A stretch of DNA of 64,000 nt from a virus: IMG/VR virus record IMGVR_UViG_3300045988_175656; one strand, given 5' to 3'. A model generated the notes under the pieces. It did no database searches. It was not told the DNA's origin and worked only from the letters and a program-made list of their open reading frames with translations. Made by a program: the position numbers and the translations under genes. This document shows positions 15,471 through 23,210 of the stretch, piece after piece (within the stretch, counting starts at the first letter, position 1; each line of letters opens with the position of its first letter).

Positions 15471-15542
15471 TGCGAGGTGTAGCAGTGGTAGCTAGTCAGG
15501 CTCATAACCTGAAGGTCAATGGTTCGAATCCATTCTTCGCAA
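15471..15542 (+). tRNA. tRNA(CAU) (Met/fMet/Ile2 class)
   Basis: Acceptor tgcgagg/cttcgca, D tagc/gcta, anticodon stem tcagg/cctga, loop ctcataa, T-arm aatgg-ttcgaat-ccatt. Confidence 0.9.
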
Positions 15543-15548
15543 CTTAGT

Positions 15549-15632
15549 CATGTGGGTCTTAACCTGAAATGGTAGTAAGGGGCAGACACTTAATCTGCTT
15601 GACTTAGTGAAGTTCGAATCTTCACCATATGA
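15549..15632 (+). tRNA. type II tRNA-shaped gene with non-canonical anticodon loop (cacttaa); identity unresolved
   Basis: Acceptor catgtgg/ccatatg, D ctta/taag with a large loop, stem gcaga/tctgc, extra arm, T-arm tgaag-ttcgaat-cttca. Followed by an encoded a-cca. Confidence 0.55.
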
Positions 15633-15699
15633 CCAATTATTTTATTAATTCAGATGGATGTTGTTGATTCAAGTTCCACACTATTCACAACTTTTTAAT

Positions 15700-15773
15700 G
15701 GGGGGTTAGTTCAGTTGGCTAGAACGTCTGCTTTGCACGCAGAAGGTCGTGGGTTCGAGTCCCACACTCTCCA
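15700..15773 (+). tRNA. tRNA-Ala(UGC)
   Basis: Acceptor ggggggt/actctcc with G3-U70, anticodon stem tctgc/gcaga, loop tttgcac, T-arm gtggg-ttcgagt-cccac. Confidence 0.9.
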
Positions 15774-15784
15774 CATTATTGTAT

Positions 15785-15869
15785 GTTCGGTTCGACTAGT
15801 GGCTTAGGTCGCTACCCTTTCACGGTAGTACATTGAAAAATGTCAGGGGTTCGAATCCCCTACCGAATA
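15785..15869 (+). tRNA. tRNA-Glu(UUC) paralog with an extra hairpin in the variable region
   Basis: Same acceptor gttcggt/accgaat and loop ctttcac as the tRNA at 15133. The variable region is expanded to tacattgaaaaatgtc (stem acatt/aatgt). Confidence 0.7.
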
Positions 15870-15879
15870 CAAAAAATAA

Positions 15880-16053
15880 ATGAATATTATGAATATTGGC
15901 GATATAGTAGTTTTAAAAAGTGGTGGACCTAATATGACTATTAGTGAAATAACACTTACAGAAATAATGTGTGTATGGTATGACTGTGATAGTCATAGAT
16001 TTTGTTATGATACTTTTAAAAAAGATGTTTTAAATAAAATTAAAGAAAATTAA
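15880..16053 (+). CDS. DUF2158/YodC-like small protein (57 aa)
   Basis: Hand-translated MNIMNIGDIVVLKSGGPNMTISEI..., carrying the GDxVxLKSGGPxMT signature. Confidence 0.55.
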   Translation: MNIMNIGDIVVLKSGGPNMTISEITLTEIMCVWYDCDSHRFCYDTFKKDVLNKIKEN

Positions 16054-16198
16054 CTCTCCTTATATATTTTGATGGGCTTGTTGACTTGGATAGTCAAAGA
16101 ATGAAGCAAGGGTTCATGGAGAATTTAAAACTATCCATTCTCGTGATGAACAACTTAGAAAGGCATTTCATGGTGTAGTTATCAGAAACACCAAATTT

Positions 16199-16272
16199 GC
16201 TGAAGTAGCACAATTGGTAGTTGCACCGCACTTGTAATGCGGATGTTGTGGGTTCGAGTCCCACCTTCAGCT
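16199..16272 (+). tRNA. tRNA-Thr(UGU)
   Basis: Acceptor gctgaag/cttcagc, anticodon stem ccgca/tgcgg, loop cttgtaa, T-arm gtggg-ttcgagt-cccac. Confidence 0.9.
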
Positions 16273-16278
16273 CAATAA

Positions 16279-16357
16279 CACTGTTAATCCAGAGATGGTA
16301 TCAAAGGTGGTTTTCATGTGTGTACAACATGAATGGGTTCGAATCCTATTACAGTGA
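16279..16357 (+). pseudogene. degenerate tRNA-like element
   Basis: Acceptor cactgtt/tacagtg (6 of 7 pairs), hairpin catgt-gtgtaca-acatg, T-arm atggg-ttcgaat-cctat. The D-arm and variable region do not fit a cloverleaf. Confidence 0.35.
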
Positions 16358-16825
16358 CACGGTTGCCTATGTTTGGATGCATACGAACATAGAACGTAGC
16401 TTAGTGAACGGTTCTAGTTTTTATGAAAATTAAAAACAACCGCACCCGTCACTCCAAATCGTTAGGTTGGCACTACCCTTTGTGAAGTAAAAGAAGGGAT
16501 ATTTTTTAAAAAGAAATTAGATGTATCTCAATGGTTATTATTAGTTGATGAATAAGTTGCAGTGGGCTAATTTCAAAGCATTCCAAAATTAGTTAAGATT
16601 TATATGTTGTATTTTGAAGTAAATTTTATTGATAGTTAACAATTAATAGGTTTAACATTAAATATGGTATATAATAGTTATCTAAGAGTAGCAATAAGGT
16701 TTTTCTTGTGAGATTGAAGAATTGTATAGAATGTGAGCGAATTCATTGTGTGAAAGTCACATACCCTTACAGTAGGAGTCTGTATAGATTAGTTTTAATC
16801 AGTCTGATTTCTTTTTAAAATAAAT

Positions 16826-16898
16826 GCCCTGTTAGTTCAGCGAACAGAACACTAAACTACGGATTTAGGGGTCGGGGGTTTGAATCCCTCACAGGGTA
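16826..16898 (+). tRNA. tRNA-Arg(ACG)
   Basis: Acceptor gccctgt/acagggt, D gttc/gaac, anticodon stem ctaaa/tttag, loop ctacgga, T-arm ggggg-tttgaat-ccctc. Confidence 0.9.
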
Positions 16899-16909
16899 CA
16901 AACATAAAT

Positions 16910-17022
16910 GGGGAAGTAGCTCAATTGGTAGAGCAAATGTTAAAAAAATGTTTTTAGTATTAAAAATGTAGCAATTAAATGAGGAAATCATTGTGTCATT
17001 GGTTCGATTCCAATCTTCCCCG
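16910..17022 (+). tRNA. tRNA-shaped gene carrying a covarying copy of the hairpin/TAGCAA module
   Basis: Acceptor ggggaag/cttcccc, D gctc-aattggta-gagc, T-arm attgg-ttcgatt-ccaat. The stem aatg/catt encloses ~49 nt with ttttta-gtat-taaaaa + tgtagcaattaaat (16951-16980). Confidence 0.55.
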
Positions 17023-17068
17023 CTTTTTAACAAAAAATTAACATTGAATATTTGGTATTATAAAAAAT

Positions 17069-17087
17069 AAGTTGTATATTTGCAATG
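17069..17087 (+). promoter_or_regulatory. Bacteroidota-type promoter
   Basis: aagttgtatatttgcaatg consensus copy. Confidence 0.65.
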
Positions 17088-17106
17088 TGAAAAAGATAAA
17101 AATAAT

Positions 17107-17179
17107 GGAGTATAGGTCAAACGGTTAAGATGTCTCCCTGTCACGGAGAACGGAGTGGGTTCGACTCCCATATATTCCG
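17107..17179 (+). tRNA. tRNA-Asp(GUC)
   Basis: Acceptor ggagtat/atattcc, anticodon stem tctcc/ggaga, loop ctgtcac, T-arm gtggg-ttcgact-cccat. Confidence 0.9.
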
Positions 17180-17185
17180 CAAAAT

Positions 17186-17399
17186 GGTGTGGTAGTTAAA
17201 TTGGAAACTTTCTTTTTATGTCAATAACATGTTTCATTCGCCAACAATTAGAATGATAGTGTGAGATATAAAATAGTTTATAAACTAAATGTTGAATAAG
17301 TATTCGAATTAAGTTCAGTAATAAGTTTATAAATGAAACGATAAGATAATGCTCCCAGATTTGAGGGAGTGATTGCAGGTTCGACTCCTGTTCATACCG
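17186..17399 (+). tRNA. tRNA-shaped locus with ~140-nt interior expansion
   Basis: Acceptor ggtgtgg/tcatacc (with G-U pairs), D-arm agtt/aact, T-arm gcagg-ttcgact-cctgt. The hairpin ctccc-agatttga-gggag lies just 5' of the variable region. Confidence 0.4.
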
Positions 17400-17406
17400 C
17401 AATAAT

Positions 17407-17478
17407 GGTCTATTCGTTCAACGGTTAGGATGTGGCACTGTCTATGCCAAGACGAGGGTTCGATTCCCTCATAGACCG
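17407..17478 (+). tRNA. tRNA-Asp(GUC), second copy
   Basis: Acceptor ggtctat/atagacc, anticodon stem tggca/tgcca, loop ctgtcta, T-arm gaggg-ttcgatt-ccctc. Confidence 0.85.
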
Positions 17479-17588
17479 CAAAAAAAGGAATGTGTTATCC
17501 TGAGTGAATTAGTATAGTGCACTATGTTAATCAATCAAACAACTCTTTGCTGTCAGTCGTTTATCAGACTAAAACCAGACTGTCATTT

Positions 17589-17721
17589 CACGGGTTCGTC
17601 TAATGGTTAGGACGCTTAAAATTTTTAAAACTTTTTTCAGTATTGAAAAAATAGCAAAATAACTAATTTAAAATTATGCAATTCTGAAGCAGAAATAGAG
17701 GTTCGAGTCCTCTACCCGTGT
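17589..17721 (+). tRNA. tRNA-shaped gene carrying the conserved hairpin/TAGCAA module
   Basis: Acceptor cacgggt/acccgtg, D gtc-taatggttag-gac, T-arm agagg-ttcgagt-cctct. The stem gctt/aagc encloses ~70 nt with ttttttcagtattgaaaaaatagcaaaataa (17632-17660). Confidence 0.5.
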
Positions 17722-17736
17722 CAAGATGTGTTACAT

Positions 17737-17808
17737 TGGGCTATGGTGTAATGGCAGTCACACAAGATTTTGATTCTTGGAGTCCAGGTTCGAGTCCTGG
17801 TAGCCCAA
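17737..17808 (+). tRNA. tRNA-Gln(UUG)
   Basis: Acceptor tgggcta/tagccca, anticodon stem caaga/tcttg, loop ttttgat, T-arm ccagg-ttcgagt-cctgg. Confidence 0.9.
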
Positions 17809-17821
17809 CAAATATAATAAT

Positions 17822-17905
17822 GGGAGTACGCCACAGTTGGAGAGGTGGGGCAGACTGTAAATCTGTTGCCTTCGGGCTGAGTAGGTTCGAATCCTACTAC
17901 TCCCA
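17822..17905 (+). tRNA. tRNA-Tyr(GUA), type II
   Basis: Acceptor gggagta/tactccc, anticodon stem gcaga/tctgt, loop ctgtaaa, long variable arm, T-arm gtagg-ttcgaat-cctac. Confidence 0.9.
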
Positions 17906-17937
17906 CATATATGAATATTAAATATATTTATTAAAGT

Positions 17938-18471
17938 ATGTGTAAGATTAAATTTTTAGAAGATACATCTGAAGGGTATGGTCATAGAACTTATATAAAT
18001 GCTGCAAGTGCAGATGTAACATTAGCTTTTGCGGTTGATTTTACAACAGGTGGGGAAAAATGTACAAAAGATGCTGCATTGAAAGCAAATAAGTTATATA
18101 TACCAATAAATTTGGATGATTCTAATTGGAAAGTTGACATACCTTATACAGCATGGATGATAAAAGAATTGCATTCTTTGAATATTGCAGGTAATGGTAT
18201 TTATACTTTAAGTAAATATAATATTTCACAGGATAAATGTGATAGAATGATTTATTACTTTATTGAAAGGTTAGTAAACGAATATGGATGTAAGATAACA
18301 AGTATTCGTAGTGGTGGTCAAACAGGCGTTGATGAATCGGGTTTGAAAGCAGGTGCTAAATTAAATGTTGAAACTATCAGCCTTTGTCCAAAAGGATGGA
18401 AATACAGAACACCAAAAAGAGATATTTGTGATGAACAAATGTTTAAAGAAAGGTTTAAAGAATATATTTAA
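17938..18471 (+). CDS. SLOG-superfamily (YpsA / putative molybdenum-carrier-like) protein
   Basis: Motif SIRSGGQTGVDESGLKAGAKL, typical of the YpsA/SLOG nucleotide-binding family. Confidence 0.6.
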   Translation: MCKIKFLEDTSEGYGHRTYINAASADVTLAFAVDFTTGGEKCTKDAALKANKLYIPINLDDSNWKVDIPYTAWMIKELHSLNIAGNGIYTLSKYNISQDKCDRMIYYFIERLVNEYGCKITSIRSGGQTGVDESGLKAGAKLNVETISLCPKGWKYRTPKRDICDEQMFKERFKEYI

Positions 18472-18473
18472 TT

Positions 18474-18549
18474 GCGAGTGTCGCATAGTGGTCGATTGCA
18501 CTAGATTTCCAATCTAGAAATACCGTGGGTTCGAATCCCACTACTCGCT
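18474..18549 (+). tRNA. tRNA-Gly(UCC)
   Basis: Acceptor gcgagtg/tactcgc, anticodon stem ctaga/tctag, loop tttccaa, T-arm gtggg-ttcgaat-cccac. Confidence 0.85.
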
Positions 18550-18555
18550 CAAATA

Positions 18556-18660
18556 AGGAAACGTAGCAAATAATTTAAATTGGATAATAAATTTAAACTC
18601 GAAATTTTAATTTTAGAAGGTTCAAATCCTTTAACTCTTAGGAGTATAAACTTGTTTCCT
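18556..18660 (+). repeat. AGGAAAC...GTTTCCT stem element, copy 3 (longer, with embedded T-arm-like hairpin)
   Basis: aggaaacgtagcaaataatttaaa...gaagg-ttcaaat-ccttt...cttgtttcct. Confidence 0.55.
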
Positions 18661-18856
18661 GTTAACTTATAGAGCCTAATGTATTTCGAACACTGCATAA
18701 GGCAGAAAATAAAGAATAGATTCGAAGATTTGTTAAGTATGAAAATTTTTCATATAAAAACAATACAGCATTTATTGTTGATTAGAATTGATAGTCTTTC
18801 ATGTTACCATTTTCAACCCAATGATGCATTGAGATTGGTTTTTTGGGTAACAAATT

Positions 18857-18928
18857 GCAGGTATAGCACAACGGTTAGTGCATCGGCTTGCCGAGCCGAG
18901 GATGTGAGTTCGATTCTCATTACCTGCT
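18857..18928 (+). tRNA. tRNA-Gly(GCC)
   Basis: Acceptor gcaggta/tacctgc, anticodon stem tcggc/gccga, loop ttgccga, T-arm gtgag-ttcgatt-ctcat. Confidence 0.9.
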
Positions 18929-18965
18929 CAAAAAGAGATTATTGGTTTTTCATCTTTATAAAATA

Positions 18966-19026
18966 AGGAAACGTAGCAAATAATTTAAACATTATTAAAA
19001 GGGTTAATAAATAAAAAATGTTTCCT
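18966..19026 (+). repeat. AGGAAAC...GTTTCCT stem element, copy 4
   Basis: aggaaacgtagcaaataatttaaac...aaaaaatgtttcct. Sits 6 nt upstream of tRNA-Asn. Confidence 0.6.
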
Positions 19027-19032
19027 GTACAT

Positions 19033-19106
19033 TCTCCGTTAGCTCAGCTGGTGGTAGCACCTGACTGTTAATCAGGGGGTCGTAGGTTCAAGTCCTACAC
19101 GGAGAG
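19033..19106 (+). tRNA. tRNA-Asn(GUU), second copy
   Basis: Acceptor tctccgt/acggaga, anticodon stem cctga/tcagg, loop ctgttaa, T-arm gtagg-ttcaagt-cctac. Confidence 0.9.
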
Positions 19107-19114
19107 CAAAATAT

Positions 19115-19187
19115 TGTCCCATCAGCTAATCGGTTAGGCTGCATCTCTGATAAGGATGTAATCTCAGTTCAAATCTGAGTGGGACAA
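19115..19187 (+). tRNA. tRNA-Ile(GAU)
   Basis: Perfect acceptor tgtccca/tgggaca, anticodon stem catct/ggatg, loop ctgataa, T-arm ctcag-ttcaaat-ctgag. Confidence 0.9.
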
Positions 19188-19210
19188 CAATTTAATTAAA
19201 TTATAAAATT

Positions 19211-19297
19211 GGGAATGTGGCGCAATGGTTGAGACGCAACAGACTTAGAATCTGTAAGAGGTAAACTCTTGTGTGGGTTCGACTCCCACCATTCCCA
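19211..19297 (+). tRNA. tRNA-Leu(UAG), type II
   Basis: Acceptor gggaatg/cattccc, anticodon stem acaga/tctgt, loop cttagaa, long variable arm, T-arm gtggg-ttcgact-cccac. Confidence 0.9.
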
Positions 19298-19369
19298 CTA
19301 TTAAAATTATATTTCTTGGGGATGTTGGCTTGAAAGTAGCCATTGCAGAAATGCAAACTAATATCAAAA

Positions 19370-19762
19370 ATGTTTATGGATAGTAAAATTTGTAAAAGGT
19401 GCAATATAGAAAAACCACTTAGTGAGTTTTATAAACAACAACAAAAGGGTAAACAAAATCAAATATGGTATTACTATGATTCATATTGTAAAATATGTAG
19501 AGGGTGTTATGCCACTGAGCGTAGAAGGAAACTCAAAATTCAAGCAATTGAATATAAAGGTGGAAAATGTGCTGATTGTGGTTATGATGATATGAGTCAT
19601 CCAGAAGTGTTTGATTTTCATCATGAAAATCCAGAAGAAAAAGATTTTGCAATTTTTGAAACAGCAAAGAAATTTTCTTCAGTAATATCAGAATTAGATA
19701 AATGCATTTTACTTTGTGCAAATTGTCATAGAATTAGGCATAGAGAAGAAAGAGGATATTAG
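19370..19762 (+). CDS. HNH endonuclease with Cys-rich zinc-binding N-terminus
   Basis: ORF 19343-19762 trimmed to an internal ATG. Motifs CKRCN...CKICRGC and FDFHHENPEEKDF...LLCANCHRIRH. Confidence 0.75.
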   Translation: MFMDSKICKRCNIEKPLSEFYKQQQKGKQNQIWYYYDSYCKICRGCYATERRRKLKIQAIEYKGGKCADCGYDDMSHPEVFDFHHENPEEKDFAIFETAKKFSSVISELDKCILLCANCHRIRHREERGY

Positions 19763-20053
19763 TCGTTTAAAGAGTGTGCAAAAAGTGCCATAAGAGCCTT
19801 AAATGACAATAGAGTTAATAGCTATTGTTGATAGACTGTAATGGGAATATCCACAACATGAATCTGCCCAATACATTTTGATAGAAGTCAATCATTAGAT
19901 AGTATTTGAGTTAACTCCTAATGTTAACGTATATAAGGTAGTGTGGCGAGGGTACGAACTTAATTCTTGGTAAGACATACAAGAATGCTTTGGTGTAATA
20001 ACACACCCAAGAAGATAATTTATTTTTAATCCTCTTGCTTTCTTGTAAGAGTT

Positions 20054-20076
20054 AAGCCATTCTTTAATGGCTTTTT
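20054..20076 (+). terminator. rho-independent terminator
   Basis: Stem aagccat/atggctt followed by ttttt. Confidence 0.6.
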
Positions 20077-20084
20077 AAATTTTT

Positions 20085-20171
20085 GGAGAGTAAACCCTGA
20101 TGGTGATGGGGGCAACCTGCTAAGTTGTTTCGCACTGTAAAAAGTGTCTGGTTCGATTCCAGTGCTCTCCG
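20085..20171 (+). tRNA. tRNA-Ser(GCU), type II
   Basis: Acceptor ggagagt/gctctcc, anticodon stem gcaac/gttgt, loop ctgctaa, variable arm with cact/agtg stem, T-loop ttcgatt. Confidence 0.85.
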
Positions 20172-20198
20172 CATATTAAATTTAAAACAATTAGTTAT

Positions 20199-20396
20199 AT
20201 GGCTATAAAAATAATTTCAAAGGAACCAGATAAATCTGTTGTAAAAAGATGTGTTTGTAAAAATTGTGGTGCAACATTAGAATATACACCAAATGATGTT
20301 GAATATAAAACATACCAAGATTATGGCGGTTATTCTGATACTTATGCTGAGTTTCTTTGTCCTAATTGTGGTAAAAAGCTTCAAATTATACAATAG
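20199..20396 (+). CDS. zinc-ribbon protein
   Basis: Paired CxxC motifs (CKNCG ... CPNCG). Confidence 0.55.
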   Translation: MAIKIISKEPDKSVVKRCVCKNCGATLEYTPNDVEYKTYQDYGGYSDTYAEFLCPNCGKKLQIIQ

Positions 20397-20418
20397 AATA
20401 TTGGTAACTTAATGAATT

Positions 20419-20437
20419 TAGTCGTATATTTGCAAAA
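20419..20437 (+). promoter_or_regulatory. Bacteroidota-type promoter
   Basis: tagtcgtatatttgcaaaa consensus copy. Confidence 0.6.
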
Positions 20438-20448
20438 ATATTCGATTA

Positions 20449-21072
20449 ATGAGTAGAAGTATTTTAAGAGATGGTGATGAACGAGGTGAAAAAATTGTCT
20501 CTGAATTTTTAGATAAACACTTTTATATAGAATGTGAAGATTTTCATAGGGTTGTTGATAAAGTTCAACAAATAAAAGGTGTTGATACTACGTTTGTAAA
20601 GAATGGTTTCCAGTATGTTTGTGATGAAAAGGCTGCATTGAAATATGTTAATAAGAATCTACAAACATTTTCAATGGAGCTTTCTTTTTTTAATGCTGCT
20701 GACAACATTTCAATTGGATGGCTTTTAGATTCTAATAAAATTAACAATTCATTTTTATTTTGTTGGATTGATAGTGCCATTAATGATGTTTTGTCATCAT
20801 CTGATGATATTGTCATGATGGAAGTTGCATTAGTTAGGAGAAATAAAATTATTGATTATTTGTCAGATATAGGATGGACATTAGACAAATTATTTCTTAA
20901 ATGTAAGAAAATAAGAGAAAACCCTTATGAGGAATGCGGTAATTTTTATAAAAATGAAGTAAAGTTTAGTAAATCGTTTCAACTTAAAGAAAAACCTATT
21001 AATCTTTTAATTAAAAGGAGTAAATTATTAGAAATTAGTGATTTTAGTAAAAAAATTAGCAATGGCAAATAA
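20449..21072 (+). CDS. hypothetical protein
   Basis: ORF track only. Confidence 0.6.
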   Translation: MSRSILRDGDERGEKIVSEFLDKHFYIECEDFHRVVDKVQQIKGVDTTFVKNGFQYVCDEKAALKYVNKNLQTFSMELSFFNAADNISIGWLLDSNKINNSFLFCWIDSAINDVLSSSDDIVMMEVALVRRNKIIDYLSDIGWTLDKLFLKCKKIRENPYEECGNFYKNEVKFSKSFQLKEKPINLLIKRSKLLEISDFSKKISNGK

Positions 21073-21505
21073 AAAGAAAAATTCAGATAAAGCCATATAT
21101 CGTTTATATATGGATTTTCGTGGTGGAGAAATTACAGGCATGTTTCTTGCAGATAAGAAATATATTGAATATATGATTGAACATGAAGTTTCAGTTCATT
21201 TTGGTGAAGTTTTAGGAAAACATTCAGATGTTCGTATTACTATTTGTGATGATGACATTGAAATGGTTAGTGATGAAAAAAATGTGATTGATTTTTTCAA
21301 AAAATATAAATTTGAAAATGGTTATAATCCTTTAACTGAACTTTTTGACCCTTATGGAACTGAAGGATTTAATGAACCTGAAGATGGTATTGAGTGGTCA
21401 GATTGTTGTGTTGAGGAATGGATTGAATATAAAATGTATGGTACTCTTCCTGAATATTATGAAAAATGGTTAGCTTCTCAAAATAAAACAAATGAAGAAA
21501 AATAA
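21062..21505 (+). CDS. hypothetical acidic protein
   Basis: ORF 21038-21505 trimmed to the ATG that minimises overlap. Confidence 0.55.
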   Translation: MANKKKNSDKAIYRLYMDFRGGEITGMFLADKKYIEYMIEHEVSVHFGEVLGKHSDVRITICDDDIEMVSDEKNVIDFFKKYKFENGYNPLTELFDPYGTEGFNEPEDGIEWSDCCVEEWIEYKMYGTLPEYYEKWLASQNKTNEEK

Positions 21506-21514
21506 TATAATATT

Positions 21515-21766
21515 ATGGTAGTAAAAGATATTAAAGAAATTGTAAAAGGTAAAGCTACCTTAGCTTATATAAAAGCAGGTGGTTTTGCTGTTTATGATAT
21601 TGCTGCTGTTGATGGTAATTTATATCAGTTAACAATTGATATGAAAGATACAAATGATGTTGGCACAGAAGCCTGTTTTTTACCTGTGTATGAAAAGGCT
21701 ATTACATTAATGCGTTGGATTAGACGTAGCAATGAAGATGGTACATTACTCAAAATAAGTGAATGA
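21515..21766 (+). CDS. hypothetical protein
   Basis: ORF track only. Confidence 0.55.
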   Translation: MVVKDIKEIVKGKATLAYIKAGGFAVYDIAAVDGNLYQLTIDMKDTNDVGTEACFLPVYEKAITLMRWIRRSNEDGTLLKISE

Positions 21767-21806
21767 TGTATTAATTTGAATAATAATAAATAATAAAGAT
21801 AAAAAA

Positions 21807-21983
21807 ATGAAAAAAGCAATTTTTAGTTTAGCAGTTTTTGTTACTATGTGTTGTTTAGCATCTTGTGGTGGTAAAACAACAAGTACAACAGTAACAAATG
21901 ATTCTGTTAGTGTAGATACAATGGTTGTTGATACAGTAACAGTTGATTCAACTGCCATTACTGTTGATTCCATTGCAGAATAA
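21807..21983 (+). CDS. small T/V-rich lipoprotein (58 aa)
   Basis: Hand-translated MKKAIFSLAVFVTMCCLASCGGK... with a lipobox. The antisense ORF 21746-21973 is rejected. Confidence 0.5.
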   Translation: MKKAIFSLAVFVTMCCLASCGGKTTSTTVTNDSVSVDTMVVDTVTVDSTAITVDSIAE

Positions 21984-22013
21984 GTAGTAATGAATTGAAA
22001 GCTTTAAGAAAAA

Positions 22014-22046
22014 ACCGATTAGATAGTTATGTTCTAATCAGTTTTT
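22014..22046 (+). terminator. rho-independent terminator
   Basis: Stem cgattaga/tctaatcag followed by tttttt. Confidence 0.55.
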
Positions 22047-22160
22047 TCAAGAAGTTTTTATTATTTTAAACACATTAACAATGAAAAATCCGTCAATTTT
22101 GGTTTTTAACATGTTTGGACTATTTATTAGGAAATAAATAATAAACTAATAATATAAGAC

Positions 22161-22526
22161 ATGGAAATTTTTAATGAGTTATTGGAACAAATATACAGTA
22201 GCCCATATAAAAAAGTAACATTCAGTATTTTCAATTTTATTGAGAATGATGGTTTTATTGATGAATTGTTTTGTGCAGACAAGACAAGGTATGGGATTGA
22301 CGATTTTGAATATATTAAGTTTTCAATAGATGATAAACAAAAAAGTGGTATAAAATATTCTAAAAGAGAATATACAAGATATTTTAAAGCATTTAAAGAA
22401 TATGTAGAAAAAGACCTTCAAGAAACCGCTATTCCAAGATTAAGAATATATTTAATCAAAGAAAGTGGTTCATTGATTGCAGTTAGATTATCATCATTTA
22501 GATTAGATAAGACCTCAGATAAGTAA
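22161..22526 (+). CDS. hypothetical protein
   Basis: ORF track only. Confidence 0.6.
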   Translation: MEIFNELLEQIYSSPYKKVTFSIFNFIENDGFIDELFCADKTRYGIDDFEYIKFSIDDKQKSGIKYSKREYTRYFKAFKEYVEKDLQETAIPRLRIYLIKESGSLIAVRLSSFRLDKTSDK

Positions 22527-22547
22527 ATCTGAGGTTTTTTGTTTTTT
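22512..22547 (+). terminator. rho-independent terminator
   Basis: Stem acctcaga/tctgaggt followed by ttttttgtttttt; overlaps the stop codon. Confidence 0.7.
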
Positions 22548-22576
22548 AACTGTATTTTTTTGGAAAATACAATAAA

Positions 22577-22595
22577 AAGTCGTTTATTTGCATAA
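22577..22595 (+). promoter_or_regulatory. Bacteroidota-type promoter
   Basis: aagtcgtttatttgcataa (TAttTTTG-like). Confidence 0.5.
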
Positions 22596-22682
22596 AGTTA
22601 ATTTGAAGCGATTTAAGCAACTTTTCTTTATTGTAAAGGAATTATAAATAAAAAGAGTTTAAGCTCAATATTGAGCTTGTAA

Positions 22683-23018
22683 ATGTGTTTAAAACTTATT
22701 TATATGGGCATTAAGAGTGATATGAATAAAATACCATCTTTATTAACAAAAGCGTTAAATTTTCAGAGTAAAATGAAAAGTGTTTTAGGTGGTATTCAAG
22801 AATTAATAGAACCATACATTGATTTAAGTGATTATGATGGCGATAAAGAAGATTTTTTACATAACATTTCAATTGTCGAAACAACAGATGGATTTTGTTT
22901 CTTAATTGAAATGGATGATGGTTATGCACCTCATAATGTCCCTGTTGAAGAAGTTATGAATTTTATTTTACAAAATGGGAAAATAATGTATAGTGATTTT
23001 AATAAAATAAGTATATGA
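22683..23018 (+). CDS. hypothetical protein (start uncertain)
   Basis: ORF track only. Confidence 0.5.
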   Translation: MCLKLIYMGIKSDMNKIPSLLTKALNFQSKMKSVLGGIQELIEPYIDLSDYDGDKEDFLHNISIVETTDGFCFLIEMDDGYAPHNVPVEEVMNFILQNGKIMYSDFNKISI

Positions 23019-23209
23019 AGATAGAAGAAGTAATGGCTTTTTTGAGCCAATTTAATCAAAAAGCTGATTTTAAGGTAGTAATGCCTGATGGAACACCAAT
23101 AGATATTAATAAAAATGATTTTGGATGGAGTTCAGGTGGTGATGGTGGAACTAAGATGGATGTTGTAGAAGTTTGTATAATGTTAAATAATTCTGAAAGT
23201 AGTAATTAA
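23015..23209 (+). CDS. hypothetical protein
   Basis: ORF track; ATGA overlap with the upstream ORF. Confidence 0.5.
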   Translation: MKIEEVMAFLSQFNQKADFKVVMPDGTPIDINKNDFGWSSGGDGGTKMDVVEVCIMLNNSESSN

Positions 23210-23210
23210 T

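Noticed and set aside
19303-19345. A 5' tRNA-half-like sequence (ggggatg tt ggct-tgaaagt-agcc a ttgca-gaaa-tgcaa) upstream of the HNH gene, suggesting a second HNH-split tRNA.
   Set aside because: No matching 3' half (T-arm plus catcccc) exists downstream of the HNH ORF before tRNA-Ser at 20085. The would-be anticodon arm closes with a 4-nt loop. It is treated as a remnant or leader hairpin.
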